The notes beneath the pieces were generated by a model that was given only the letters and a program-made list of their open reading frames with translations, searched no databases and was not told where the DNA came from. Made by a program: the position numbers and the translations under genes. From Chthoniobacteraceae bacterium (GTDB lineage Bacteria; Verrucomicrobiota; Verrucomicrobiia; Chthoniobacterales; Chthoniobacteraceae), in assembly GCA_031409335.1 (NCBI GenBank), contig JANNWY010000097.1:1-21589 (forward strand): 21,589 nt of DNA. Reading direction: 5' to 3'. This document shows, piece after piece, positions 7,092-16,500 of the stretch (within the stretch, counting starts at the first letter, position 1; each line of letters opens with the position of its first letter).

Positions 7092-8465
7092 ATGCTGAAC
7101 TACATCTGGCTCTCCTTCCTGCTCATCGCCGTGCTCGTCGGCGGCTTCACGGGAAAGCTGCCGCAGATGACGACGGGTGCGTTCAAGACCGCCGAATCCG
7201 CGGTGATGGAAATCGCGCTGCCGCTCGTCGGCATCATGGTGATCTGGCTGGGAATCATGCGGCTCGCGGAAAAATCCGGCCTCGTCCAAATCATCGCCCG
7301 CGTGCTCCAGCCGTTGCTTCGCCGGCTCTTTCCCGATGTGCCGCCCGAGCATCCCGCGATGGGCGCGATGGTGATGAACATGGCGGCGAACATGCTCGGC
7401 CTCGGAAATGCGGCGACGCCGCTCGGTCTCCGCGCGATGGCGCTGCTGAATCAGCTCAACCCGCGCCCCGGCGTCGCCTCGAATGCGATGTGTACTTTCC
7501 TCACGATCAACACCGCGTCGATCCAGCTCATCCCGACCACCGCGATCGGCATCCTCGCGATCTCGGGCGCGAAGGACGCGACTGCGTTCGTGCCTGCGGC
7601 GGTGCTCGCGACGGTGATCGCGCTGACGTGCGGCATCACGATGGCCAAACTGCTGGAAAAGCTGCCGATGTTTGCGCTGCCGCCGCTTGACCCAACGTCC
7701 AGCGCAAACACCACGCCCGCCGAAATCGCGGCGGTCGAAACGACCACGCTCGAACAAGTGCAGGCTCCGCCGCTCACCAAGGGCGGCAAGTGCATCCTCG
7801 CGCTGTTCCTCGCCGCATTCGCGGGAATGTTTTTCGTGCTCGCGTATCCGGCGGCGGCGGATGCGTGGCCGCGGTTCATCGGCGCGCAATGGCGCTTTGG
7901 CGATCAATTTCCCGACCTCGCGGCCAAGCCCGTGATGCGCGTGGTGAAGACACTCTCGATCCTCGCGGTTCCTTTCCTGCTCACGTTTTTCCCGCTCTAC
8001 GCGGCGCTGCGCGGCGTGAAGGTTTACGAGCAATTCACCGACGGTGCGAAGGAGGCATTTGGCGTGGCGCAGCGCATCATTCCGTTCCTGGTGGCGATGC
8101 TCGTCTCGATCCGGATGCTGCGCGAAGCGGGCGTGATCAAGGCGGTGACGGACGCGATCGGGCCAAAGCTCGCCGCGATCGGCTTCCCCGCGGACCTGCT
8201 GCCGCTCGTGCTCCTGCGACCCCTGAGCGGCAGCGCGACGCAGGGCATCTTCGTGGACATCGTGAAGACCTTCGGCCCGGACGAACTCATCAGCCGCATG
8301 GCCGCGACGATCTACGGTAGCACCGAGACGACGTTCTACGTGATCGCGGTTTATTTCGGCAGCGTCGCCGTGCGGCAGACCCGCCACGCGATCATCGCCG
8401 GCCTCACCGCGGACACCGTCGCGGTGATCGCTTCGATCACGATGTGCCGGTTTTTCTTCACGTAA
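7092..8465 (+). CDS. SpmA/SpmB fusion membrane protein (nucleoside recognition Gate domain) (457 aa)
   Basis: SpmA motif NMAANMLGLGNAATPLGLRAM; SpmB motifs GVKVYEQFTDGAKEAF, LRPLSGS, GSTETTFYVIAVYFGSV. Confidence 0.92.
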   Translation: MLNYIWLSFLLIAVLVGGFTGKLPQMTTGAFKTAESAVMEIALPLVGIMVIWLGIMRLAEKSGLVQIIARVLQPLLRRLFPDVPPEHPAMGAMVMNMAANMLGLGNAATPLGLRAMALLNQLNPRPGVASNAMCTFLTINTASIQLIPTTAIGILAISGAKDATAFVPAAVLATVIALTCGITMAKLLEKLPMFALPPLDPTSSANTTPAEIAAVETTTLEQVQAPPLTKGGKCILALFLAAFAGMFFVLAYPAAADAWPRFIGAQWRFGDQFPDLAAKPVMRVVKTLSILAVPFLLTFFPLYAALRGVKVYEQFTDGAKEAFGVAQRIIPFLVAMLVSIRMLREAGVIKAVTDAIGPKLAAIGFPADLLPLVLLRPLSGSATQGIFVDIVKTFGPDELISRMAATIYGSTETTFYVIAVYFGSVAVRQTRHAIIAGLTADTVAVIASITMCRFFFT

Positions 8466-8467
8466 AT

Positions 8468-9937
8468 TTACGCGCCGGGTTCCGCGGCAACGCGGCCCGG
8501 TTCGCGCGCGCCGCTGCCCTTGCGCTTCATCAGCGCGTCGCCCAAATCTTCGCGCGCGGATTCCGCGAACGCTTCGAGCTGCTTCACGATTTCGGGATTC
8601 TTGTCCGCGACGTTCGTCGATTCGCCCACGTCATTTTCCAAATCGTAAAGTTCGGTCTGCTCCAGCTTGCGCTCCTGGTATTTTGCGGGCGTCCCACCAT
8701 TGGCAATCGGCTGTCCTTCGAGCGTGCGATACGTGTGCGGAAGTTGCAGCTTCCAGCGCCCGTCGCCGCTCGTGACGGCCTGGAGTTGATTCATTTCGTA
8801 GTAGAAAAAATACGCGTCGTGCGGGTTCTTCGCGCCGGGTTCTCCGGCGATGAGCGGCCACACGTCCAGCCCGTCGATCTTGTGTGCGGGCGGTTCCGCG
8901 TTGATCTGCTTCGCCATCGTGGGAAAAAGATCGATCGTCATCAGCATGTCGCGCGAAACCGAACCCGCGGGAATTTTTCCCAGCCAGCGCATGATGCACG
9001 GCACGCGCGTGCCGCCTTCCCAATTCGTCCCCTTTCCCTCGCGCAGCGGAGCTGCCGAGCCCGCGTGCTCGCCGTAGCTGAGCCACGGCCCATTGTCTGT
9101 CGTGAAGATCACCCACGTATTTTCCTCGATCCCGTTGCGCTTCAAAGCCGCCAGCACTTCGCCGACGGACCAGTCGATCTCCTCGATCACGTCGCCGTAA
9201 AGTCCGCGCTCGGATTTTCCCTTGAACTTGTCGCTCACGAACAACGGCACGTGCGGCATGTTGTGCGCGAGGTAAAAGAAGAACGGGCGATCCTTGTTTG
9301 CGTCGATGAATTTCACCGCGCGCTCGGTGTACCAAGTCGTGAGCTGCGCCTGATCTTCCGGCGTCATTTCCGGCTTCACGACTTTGTCGCCCTCGATCAA
9401 TGGCAGCGGCGGATACGCGCCGGGCTTCGCCTCGGGATGGCGCGGCCACATGTCGTTCGAGTAGGGCAGGCCGAGATATTCGTCGAAACCGCGGTGCGTC
9501 GGGAGAAATCGTGATGGGCGGCCGACGTGCCATTTTCCAGCCATGCCGGTCGCGTAACCTTTCGATTTGAAAAGCTGCGCGAGCGTCACCTCGCGGTCCG
9601 AAAGACCACGCGGATCGGCTGGACCGAGTGCGCCGTGGATGCCGATGCGATTGGAATAACAACCCGTCAGCAGTGCCGCGCGCGACGCGGAGCAGACCGG
9701 CTGGCTCACATGAAAATTGGTGAACTTCCGACCTTCCGACGCCATGCGATCGAGATTGGGCGTGCGAAAACCCTTCGCGCCGAAAGCACCAACGTCGGCG
9801 TATCCCTGATCGTCGGTGAAAATGATGACGACATTCGGGCGAGATTGCGCGGCGTGAATGGATGGCGCGCAGCACGCGACGATGAACGCGATGCCGACGC
9901 GGACATGTTTGCGCAGATGGAAAACGACGGGGAGCAT
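8468..9937 (-). CDS. Formylglycine-dependent (S1) arylsulfatase A-like sulfatase, exported (489 aa)
   Basis: [25 protein letters not shown] (CxAxR type), [22 protein letters not shown]; signal-like N-terminus from ATG 9937. Confidence 0.95.
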   Translation of the reverse strand: MLPVVFHLRKHVRVGIAFIVACCAPSIHAAQSRPNVVIIFTDDQGYADVGAFGAKGFRTPNLDRMASEGRKFTNFHVSQPVCSASRAALLTGCYSNRIGIHGALGPADPRGLSDREVTLAQLFKSKGYATGMAGKWHVGRPSRFLPTHRGFDEYLGLPYSNDMWPRHPEAKPGAYPPLPLIEGDKVVKPEMTPEDQAQLTTWYTERAVKFIDANKDRPFFFYLAHNMPHVPLFVSDKFKGKSERGLYGDVIEEIDWSVGEVLAALKRNGIEENTWVIFTTDNGPWLSYGEHAGSAAPLREGKGTNWEGGTRVPCIMRWLGKIPAGSVSRDMLMTIDLFPTMAKQINAEPPAHKIDGLDVWPLIAGEPGAKNPHDAYFFYYEMNQLQAVTSGDGRWKLQLPHTYRTLEGQPIANGGTPAKYQERKLEQTELYDLENDVGESTNVADKNPEIVKQLEAFAESAREDLGDALMKRKGSGAREPGRVAAEPGA

Positions 9938-10027
9938 TCGCCGATGAAGCGTGGAAGCCGTTTCGCGGTAAAGGCCATTCGCTGCGTCCAGCTTGCCTCC
10001 GCGACCGCTGCCAGTGCAGATGAAGGA

Positions 10028-11215
10028 ATGCAAATCCGTCACTTCGCCTTCGCCCTGCTCCTGACTTTGGCAACGCTGCCCACCGCATCTGCCGCGGACG
10101 CGCTTCAGACATTCGGCGAGCGGGTGCAGTGGCGCGGGAACCTGATGAATTCCCGCGCTCAATTTCAGCAGAAGAAGAATGGACGCGTCGCGTTCATCGG
10201 CGGATCGATCACCGAGATGGATGGCTATCGCCCGATGGTTGCGGACCTTTTGAAAAAGCGTTTCCCGGAAACGGTTTTCGACTTCGTGAACACCGGCATC
10301 GCTTCCACCTGCTCGACGACCGGCGCATTCCGTCTCGCCACCGATGTGCTCGCGGGCGGCGCGCCGGATTTGTTGTTCGTCGAGTTTGCGGTGAACGACG
10401 ATCAGGACGCCGCGCATCCGCGGACCGCGTGCATTCGCGGGCTGGAGGGAATCATCCGCCATGCCCGCCGCGCGAATCCGAAGATGGACATCGTCGTGAC
10501 GTATTTTGTGAACGAGCAAATGCTGAAAACGCTTCAGTCCGGCGGCACGCCGCTGACCGTCGAGGCGCACGAAGCGGTGGCAAAACACTACGACGTTTCG
10601 ACGATTCACCTCGCCGCGGAAGTGGCCGCCGAAATCACCGCCGGGAGCCTGACGTGGCAGCAATACGGCGGCGTGCATCCCGCGCCATTTGGCAACGCGA
10701 TCTGCGCGCGCATGATCGACGAACTGCTCATCCGCGTGTGGGCCGGCCCGCTCGCGGCGCTTGCCGACCACGCGCTGCCGACGCCGCTCGATTCCCTGAA
10801 CTACGAGGCGGGGCGCTTCATCGACCCAAAGCTGGCGCAAGCGAAGCGTGGCTGGACGCTCGCGATTCCTGACTGGAAAGATCTGCCCGGCAGCAAACGC
10901 GATCGCTTCACCTCCATCCCGATCTTCAGCGCCACGGAGCCGGGCGCGGAGGCGACGCTGGAATTTGATGGCACCGCGGTCGGCGCGTATGTCGTCGCCG
11001 GCCCGGACGCCGGCATTTTGGAGGCGAGCGTCGATGGCGCGGCGATGCGTGCGGTGAATCTTTTCCACAACTACAGCCGCGGGCTGCACTACCCGCGCAC
11101 GGTGATGTTCGCGACCGATCTCGCGCCCGGAAAACACACGCTGACGATCCGCGTTTCCAGCGAGACGAAAAGCGCCGGACACGCTGCGCGCATCATGCAG
11201 TTCGTGGCCAATTGA
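10028..11215 (+). CDS. Exported SGNH/GDSL hydrolase with an additional C-terminal beta-rich domain (395 aa)
   Basis: Signal peptide [23 protein letters not shown]; block I FIGGSITE, block III VEFAVND, block V GGVHP. Confidence 0.88.
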   Translation: MQIRHFAFALLLTLATLPTASAADALQTFGERVQWRGNLMNSRAQFQQKKNGRVAFIGGSITEMDGYRPMVADLLKKRFPETVFDFVNTGIASTCSTTGAFRLATDVLAGGAPDLLFVEFAVNDDQDAAHPRTACIRGLEGIIRHARRANPKMDIVVTYFVNEQMLKTLQSGGTPLTVEAHEAVAKHYDVSTIHLAAEVAAEITAGSLTWQQYGGVHPAPFGNAICARMIDELLIRVWAGPLAALADHALPTPLDSLNYEAGRFIDPKLAQAKRGWTLAIPDWKDLPGSKRDRFTSIPIFSATEPGAEATLEFDGTAVGAYVVAGPDAGILEASVDGAAMRAVNLFHNYSRGLHYPRTVMFATDLAPGKHTLTIRVSSETKSAGHAARIMQFVAN

Positions 11216-12561
11216 TGTCCGCCATTCGCACATTCCGCGAGGAATCGCGCGGCACGCTTTTCCTCGCGGTGCCGATGATGGCGGGGCAGTTGAGCCAGAT
11301 GCTGATGGGCGTGGCGGACAGCGCGATGGTCGGGCGCGTCGGCGTCGTGCCACTAGCCGCGTCCTCGTTTGCAAACGGGCTTCTCAGCGTCCCGTTTCTT
11401 TTTGGAATCGGGCTGCTCCAGGCGATTTCGGTGCGAGCGTCGCAGGCGCACGGCGCGGGCAACCGGCGGGAAACTGGCGAGGTCTTGCGGCACGGACTCG
11501 TGATCACGGGCGGGGCGGGAATCGCGCTGGTCGCGCTGGTGCTCATCGTCGCGTCGATGCTCGGCCACTTCGGCCAACCGCCGGAAGTCGCCGCGGAAGC
11601 GCGCATGTTTTTTCTGCTCTGCGGCTGGTCGATGCTGCCGATGCTGCTGGCGATGAGTTTCAGGCAATTCTCCGAGGCGCTCGACCATCCGTGGCCACCG
11701 ATGGTCATCCTGTTTGGAAGCGTGGTGCTGAATGTGTTTCTCAACTGGGTGCTCATTTACGGAAACCTCGGCGCACCCGCGCTGGGGCTGACCGGCGCGG
11801 GAATCGCCACGCTGCTTGCGCGCATCGCGGCACTGTTTGCCATGATTGCCTACGTCTTCCGCGCGCGCCGATTTTCGGATGCGCTGCCGGTCGCATGGCG
11901 GCGGTCGCTGGAGTGGGCGCGCGTGCGTTCACTGCTGCGCATCGGGCTGCCGGCTTCCGCGCAGTTGTTGCTGGAAGTGACGGCATTCACCGTGGCCACG
12001 ATCATGATCGGGTGGCTCGGCGCGCAGCCGCTCGCGGCACATCAAATCGCCCTCACCTGCGCGGCGACGTCGTTCATGTTTCCACTCGGGATCGCGATGG
12101 CGACGAGCATCCGAATCGGCCAGGCGCTCGGCGCGAACGAACCCGCGCGCGTCCGCGCGATCGGCTTCACTTCATTCGCGCTCGGCCTGCTCATCATGGG
12201 CGCGACGGGACTCGTCTTCGCATTTGGCAATGAGTGGCTCGCCCGTGCTTTCGTGGACGATCCCAGCGTCGCCACTCTTGCCGCGCGGCTGCTCGTGATC
12301 GCGGCGTTCTTCCAGCTCTTCGATGGCCTGCAAGTCGTTGGCGCAGGCGCGCTGCGCGGGCTCAACGATGCGACCGTCCCGATGGTCGCGTGCCTGGTTG
12401 GCTACTGGATCGTCTTCATCCCGTTCGCATACTTCGCGGCGTTCCGATTCGGATTTGGCGCGGCGGGAATATGGTGGGGACTGGCCGCCGCGCTCGGCAT
12501 CGTGGGCCTGTCGCTGTTCGCGCGCTTCGCGGTGAAATCCGCGCGGCTTGTGGAGGCGTAG
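11215..12561 (+). CDS. MATE family efflux transporter (NorM-like) (448 aa)
   Basis: About 12 hydrophobic segments; [54 protein letters not shown] overlap with the upstream gene. Confidence 0.95.
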   Translation: MSAIRTFREESRGTLFLAVPMMAGQLSQMLMGVADSAMVGRVGVVPLAASSFANGLLSVPFLFGIGLLQAISVRASQAHGAGNRRETGEVLRHGLVITGGAGIALVALVLIVASMLGHFGQPPEVAAEARMFFLLCGWSMLPMLLAMSFRQFSEALDHPWPPMVILFGSVVLNVFLNWVLIYGNLGAPALGLTGAGIATLLARIAALFAMIAYVFRARRFSDALPVAWRRSLEWARVRSLLRIGLPASAQLLLEVTAFTVATIMIGWLGAQPLAAHQIALTCAATSFMFPLGIAMATSIRIGQALGANEPARVRAIGFTSFALGLLIMGATGLVFAFGNEWLARAFVDDPSVATLAARLLVIAAFFQLFDGLQVVGAGALRGLNDATVPMVACLVGYWIVFIPFAYFAAFRFGFGAAGIWWGLAAALGIVGLSLFARFAVKSARLVEA

Positions 12562-12631
12562 TCACGGCACCACGGCCGGAGGGAAAGCTCAAAACAGAAC
12601 GGAGAATCCGATCCGTGAGGCTGCAGCCCGA

Positions 12632-13393
12632 TCAAACGACCGGAGCGTATTCCTTCCGACGGCGACGAGCGATGCACGCGCCAAGGATCGCAAGGCCGAA
12701 TCCGACAGTCGAGGGCTCCGGCACCGCGGGCGATGGCACTGTGGTCGGTGTCCCGGGGACGATATAGGAAAGGCCCGTATTGTAGATGAATGAAACGCTG
12801 GCAATCGTCGTGCCAGCGGTGATCTCCGGGCTCGACAAGGTGAAGGTTGCTGACTTTGCCGTGAACGGATTGTGCCCCGGATTGCCCAGAATCGAGCCAT
12901 TCGCGTCATACAGGCCGGCGGTTGAGGCAGTCTCGCCATCTGCAGGCCCTACGATTCCAAACTCGGCATTGGGATTAAAATCCAGTTGATACACGCCGCC
13001 GCTGATGCCGCTTTGCCACGTTCCCAGGATGCTCTGGGAAAGGCCGTCCACGTAAGTGCCATTCGATGCGATGACCCGCGGAATCGCGGTGGCGGACGTC
13101 AGCGTCGCCGTCGTGATCGGGGTCGGCGACAGCGTGAACCGGATGCCGGTCAATAGCTGCGCTGCGTTATCAGTGTGAACCGTGGTGTTTTGGAGCGTCA
13201 GTTGCACCTGCCCGGCGCTTGTTGTGAAACTGGCAGTCGAAGTGATCGGCGTTCCCGCGGAGTTTCCCACTGCTGAAAATTGAGAAAACACCGCGCGCGC
13301 TTCAGTGGGCAGGGCGACGATTCCGATGGTTCCAAGTGTCCAGGCGATGGTCTGTGCGAGAATTCTCATGCGGGCACAATCGCGGGGTTTCAT
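12632..13393 (-). CDS. PEP-CTERM (exosortase-target) surface protein
   Basis: C-terminal VPEPSTVGFGLAILGACIARRRRK (PEP, TM helix, Arg cluster); signal peptide ending EARA; Ser/Thr/Gly-rich body. Start ATG 13393 or 13369. Confidence 0.93.
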   Translation of the reverse strand: MKPRDCARMRILAQTIAWTLGTIGIVALPTEARAVFSQFSAVGNSAGTPITSTASFTTSAGQVQLTLQNTTVHTDNAAQLLTGIRFTLSPTPITTATLTSATAIPRVIASNGTYVDGLSQSILGTWQSGISGGVYQLDFNPNAEFGIVGPADGETASTAGLYDANGSILGNPGHNPFTAKSATFTLSSPEITAGTTIASVSFIYNTGLSYIVPGTPTTVPSPAVPEPSTVGFGLAILGACIARRRRKEYAPVV

Positions 13394-13559
13394 CTGCTGC
13401 CGCGGTTTATGACGCTGATAATCCTGTAGGCTGCGGGTCGGCGAGGAAGGGTAGGCTTTCACCTACGCTCGATCTGACCGCTTCGGTTTCATGGAGCTTG
13501 CGGCCTTCTTTTTGGAAGCTTAAATTATGGAAAGTACGGATCATGCTCTCTTCGATGTG

Positions 13560-14084
13560 ATGATTCTTCGATCGCCTAAATGCCGTGATGCACCCGTCTT
13601 GGGCTCGCGAATGCGCCGCTGCACCGCATTCAGCCTCGTGGAAGTCGTGGTTGCGATGATGGTTACCGTGATCGCCATCACTACATTTTATGCGTCGGCG
13701 GGACAGGCTGTCCGCATTATGAAAGCCGGAAAGGAAACCGTCCTGGGCAGCCAGCTCGTCCAGCAGCGTATGGAGGCGCTTCGCGCAGCCCCCTTGTGGA
13801 CCTCTGTGACAACGCCAGACGGACTCAGGAGCGAAGTGGCGGGTGCCACGCTCTCCGGTCCGAATCTCCCTGGGGCGACAGAAACTTTCACCGTCACGAG
13901 CTATCCCTCGCGAGGCACGGCGATCGTGGTCACGCGCTCCCCTACGGGCACGGTGACGAGCAGTGGTTCGTCCCTGTCGGCTCAGTACTGCGTAAAGCTG
14001 ACGGTGCGCGTGAACTGGACGGGCATCGGCAACGTCGCGCGCAGCCGCCAGATGAGCACCATTGTCACGAAGGGAGGACTTTAG
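13560..14084 (+). CDS. Prepilin-type N-terminal cleavage/methylation protein, PilV/GspI-like
   Basis: RRCTA|FSLVEVVVAMMVTVIAI (F1, E5, hydrophobic helix); C-terminal KLTVRVNW strand. Start ATG 13560 or 13611. Confidence 0.85.
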   Translation: MILRSPKCRDAPVLGSRMRRCTAFSLVEVVVAMMVTVIAITTFYASAGQAVRIMKAGKETVLGSQLVQQRMEALRAAPLWTSVTTPDGLRSEVAGATLSGPNLPGATETFTVTSYPSRGTAIVVTRSPTGTVTSSGSSLSAQYCVKLTVRVNWTGIGNVARSRQMSTIVTKGGL

Positions 14085-14090
14085 CCTGCG

Positions 14091-14915
14091 ATGAAAAGGA
14101 CACTGACTGCAAACCCCGCGCACGCGGCTTTCACGCTCGTCGAAATGATGGTGGCGGCGGGCGCGGGTCTGCTGCTCATCGCCGTCGTGGCCTCGGCCTT
14201 GATCAGCGTGCAGCGCAGCATCCTGGCGACCAGCCAGTGCGCCACGGGCATGAATAACGAAAATCGCCTGCTCGATTATGTCGCCCAAGATTTGCGACGG
14301 GCGGTGCGTGTCGGCACGATTTCGTCCGGGACTTATACGACGGCGCGGAACATCTCCACCTTTTCCATCACGCAGAGCGCCATCCTGGCGATCAATATTC
14401 CCGACTACTATGGGTCGAATACGCCGAACAATGCTGACGGCTCCACCTTCAAAAAGACGAGATACGACCGGAGCAGTCTCAATACACTCGCGGCCTACAA
14501 TTCGAGTGGTGTCGGCTTACTCAACGGTTCCATCCCTTACAGCGAAGCCGTCACGGTCATCAACTCGAAACCGGTGCCAAGATTCGTGCCGGCCGCAGTA
14601 GGCACGGGTGAAATCCAGGTGCGATACTTTCGCGGCCCGCGTTCGGCGTCGGATACTACCGTCTGTTATTTCCGCGGCGAGTATCCGTCCAACTCCAACT
14701 TCGCCAACTCGTGGCCGCGGGAAATCGCCGAGAAGATTGTCGATGCTACTTCCACCACAGCTCTGCTCGTCAGCGGGTCCAGCGTCGGCACTACGCAGGG
14801 GATGCGTTATCGCGTGCAATCCAGTTTCACTCCCAAGTATCGCTCGCAAAACACTTCGACGGCCGGCACCGAGCAATATGTCGAAGTCACCCTGCGCAAT
14901 CCCCGGCGCGATTAA
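14091..14915 (+). CDS. Prepilin-type N-terminal cleavage/methylation protein, PilW/GspJ-like (274 aa)
   Basis: AHAA|FTLVEMMVAAGAGLLLIAVV; LLDYVAQDLRRA; terminal VTLRN; GGAGG upstream; 6-nt gap from the previous gene. Confidence 0.88.
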   Translation: MKRTLTANPAHAAFTLVEMMVAAGAGLLLIAVVASALISVQRSILATSQCATGMNNENRLLDYVAQDLRRAVRVGTISSGTYTTARNISTFSITQSAILAINIPDYYGSNTPNNADGSTFKKTRYDRSSLNTLAAYNSSGVGLLNGSIPYSEAVTVINSKPVPRFVPAAVGTGEIQVRYFRGPRSASDTTVCYFRGEYPSNSNFANSWPREIAEKIVDATSTTALLVSGSSVGTTQGMRYRVQSSFTPKYRSQNTSTAGTEQYVEVTLRNPRRD

Positions 14916-14921
14916 GACTCC

Positions 14922-16427
14922 ATGCAACCTAATCATCAATCCGACCGTGGCGGCATCCTGGTTGTGGCACTGATGACCATCGCCATCTTCTCACTTGTCA
15001 TCGCCGCCCTTTACAGCTCGCTGACTCCGAAATACCGCTCGATCCATCAGGGCGTAAGCTGGCAGGAAGCATTGCACGGCGCGGAATCCGGCGCGGATTA
15101 TGGGTTGCGATTGCTCAATCAATTCGCGGCAACGACCAAGGATCCCGATACCTATGATTGGACGGGCAATCAATGGTCGTACAGCAATGCCTCCTATACT
15201 ACCAATGGTGAGCGCGTCCTGGCTTCCGGTTCTCTTCCGGCACTCGGTGGTCCCAGCAATGTTGGTGTCACCCGCCTTGCGGTGGATGTCTATACTCGCG
15301 GTAGTGCGGCGCCATATTCGCCGTGGTTCCGAATTCGGAGCACTGCCCGCGCCGATCTGCCGGGCAGATATGTCAGTGCGGACAAGCGGGATGCCGCCCT
15401 GCGGCGCATGAAGCTCGGCGCGACGACCGGCGGGGTCAGCACGCCCTATGTGACCCGCACGGTGGAACTCCTCGCCCGCCCGAAGTTTCGCTTTTCCCGC
15501 GCCATCACCACCGCTCTCGACATGAGCCTGGGCAACAGCGCCAACTGGGGCGTCGATAGCTTTGACTCGACCGATACTGCGCATTCCGATCCCGGCACGA
15601 TTGCGGGCGGCGTTTACCCAAACAGTGCCGGCGATCGGCTGGCCAATGGCACCATCGCCTCTCTCATGCCGCTGCCGACGGGCGTGCCCTATGGCGCGCT
15701 CATCGATGGCAACGGGGCGAATGTCGCCGGCGATGTCCTGACCGTCGGCGGCGATGACCCCGCCACTGCCGCGCACGAGAACGTTTCCGGGAGCGGCGGC
15801 ATGGATCAGACGCGCATTCGCGACGATTTCGATGACGAGATTCCGCCCGTCCCCGTGCCGAGTTGGAGCTTTGTCTCAGCCAATCCGGCTGGGAATACGA
15901 ACTTCGTCACGGGTGCCAGCCCCACGACGCGCACCCGCTATATCATTAGTGGGAATCTCGGGGAATTCGCCGTGACGGCCCCCGCCGCCGGGAACACGGG
16001 ATACGTTGAAATCCTCATCAACGGCAACCTCGACATCGGCAATGGTGGCGGCGCGAATATCGTCATTCCTCCGAACGTCTATGCCACGCTCTACGTGAAC
16101 GGGAACATCGACTTCGGCAATGGGACGGTCAACGCGAACGCCGCCAGTAGCAAGGTCGCCTCGCATCTGACGGTCTATGGCGTCCACGCCACAGGCACCT
16201 ACTCCGCCTCCGGCAATGCAGAGCAAATCATCAGCTTTTACGGCCCGAACTACGATGTGACCCTCAGCGGCACGGTGACGACCGTTGGTTCGATCGTCTC
16301 AAAATCATTCAGGATCAATGGCGGCGGAAACGGAGGCTTTCATTACGATGAGGCACTCGGCCGCAGCGGGGATATTTCGGGCTGGGCGGTGGCCAGTTAC
16401 TTCGACGACGCCCGCGCGGATTTTTAG
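14922..16427 (+). CDS. PilX/GspK-like large minor pilin with a Gly/Asn-rich C-terminal domain (501 aa)
   Basis: DRG|GILVVALMTIAIFSLVIAAL (no E5, as in PilX/GspK); ALHGAESG motif; FRIRSTA...RTVE; C-terminal YGPNYDVTLSG...GSIV...FHYDEAL; 6-nt gap. Confidence 0.85.
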   Translation: MQPNHQSDRGGILVVALMTIAIFSLVIAALYSSLTPKYRSIHQGVSWQEALHGAESGADYGLRLLNQFAATTKDPDTYDWTGNQWSYSNASYTTNGERVLASGSLPALGGPSNVGVTRLAVDVYTRGSAAPYSPWFRIRSTARADLPGRYVSADKRDAALRRMKLGATTGGVSTPYVTRTVELLARPKFRFSRAITTALDMSLGNSANWGVDSFDSTDTAHSDPGTIAGGVYPNSAGDRLANGTIASLMPLPTGVPYGALIDGNGANVAGDVLTVGGDDPATAAHENVSGSGGMDQTRIRDDFDDEIPPVPVPSWSFVSANPAGNTNFVTGASPTTRTRYIISGNLGEFAVTAPAAGNTGYVEILINGNLDIGNGGGANIVIPPNVYATLYVNGNIDFGNGTVNANAASSKVASHLTVYGVHATGTYSASGNAEQIISFYGPNYDVTLSGTVTTVGSIVSKSFRINGGGNGGFHYDEALGRSGDISGWAVASYFDDARADF

Positions 16428-16448
16428 CGGAGGATCCGGAGAAAATGC

Positions 16449-16494
16449 CGGTGCGACATCGTTGCCGGACTTCTTTATCCGGCGCCAGGCACCG
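16449..16494. terminator. Nested hairpin between convergent pilX-like and ftsH genes; possible terminator
   Basis: CGGTGC (16449-16454) pairs with GCACCG (16489-16494), enclosing GCCGGA-N8-TCCGGC (16464-16483). ATTTT follows on the minus strand. Confidence 0.4.
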
Positions 16495-16500
16495 CGCGCC

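Noticed and set aside
9938..11374. N-terminal 479 aa of the 968-aa track ORF, suggesting a giant sulfatase fusion
   Set aside because: Antisense to the SGNH gene; the sulfatase signal peptide begins at 9937.
16020..16123. DGR-like template/variable repeat pair in the pilX-like gene
   Set aside because: Only 26 nt, mismatches are not adenine-specific in one copy, and no RT; better explained as a protein repeat.
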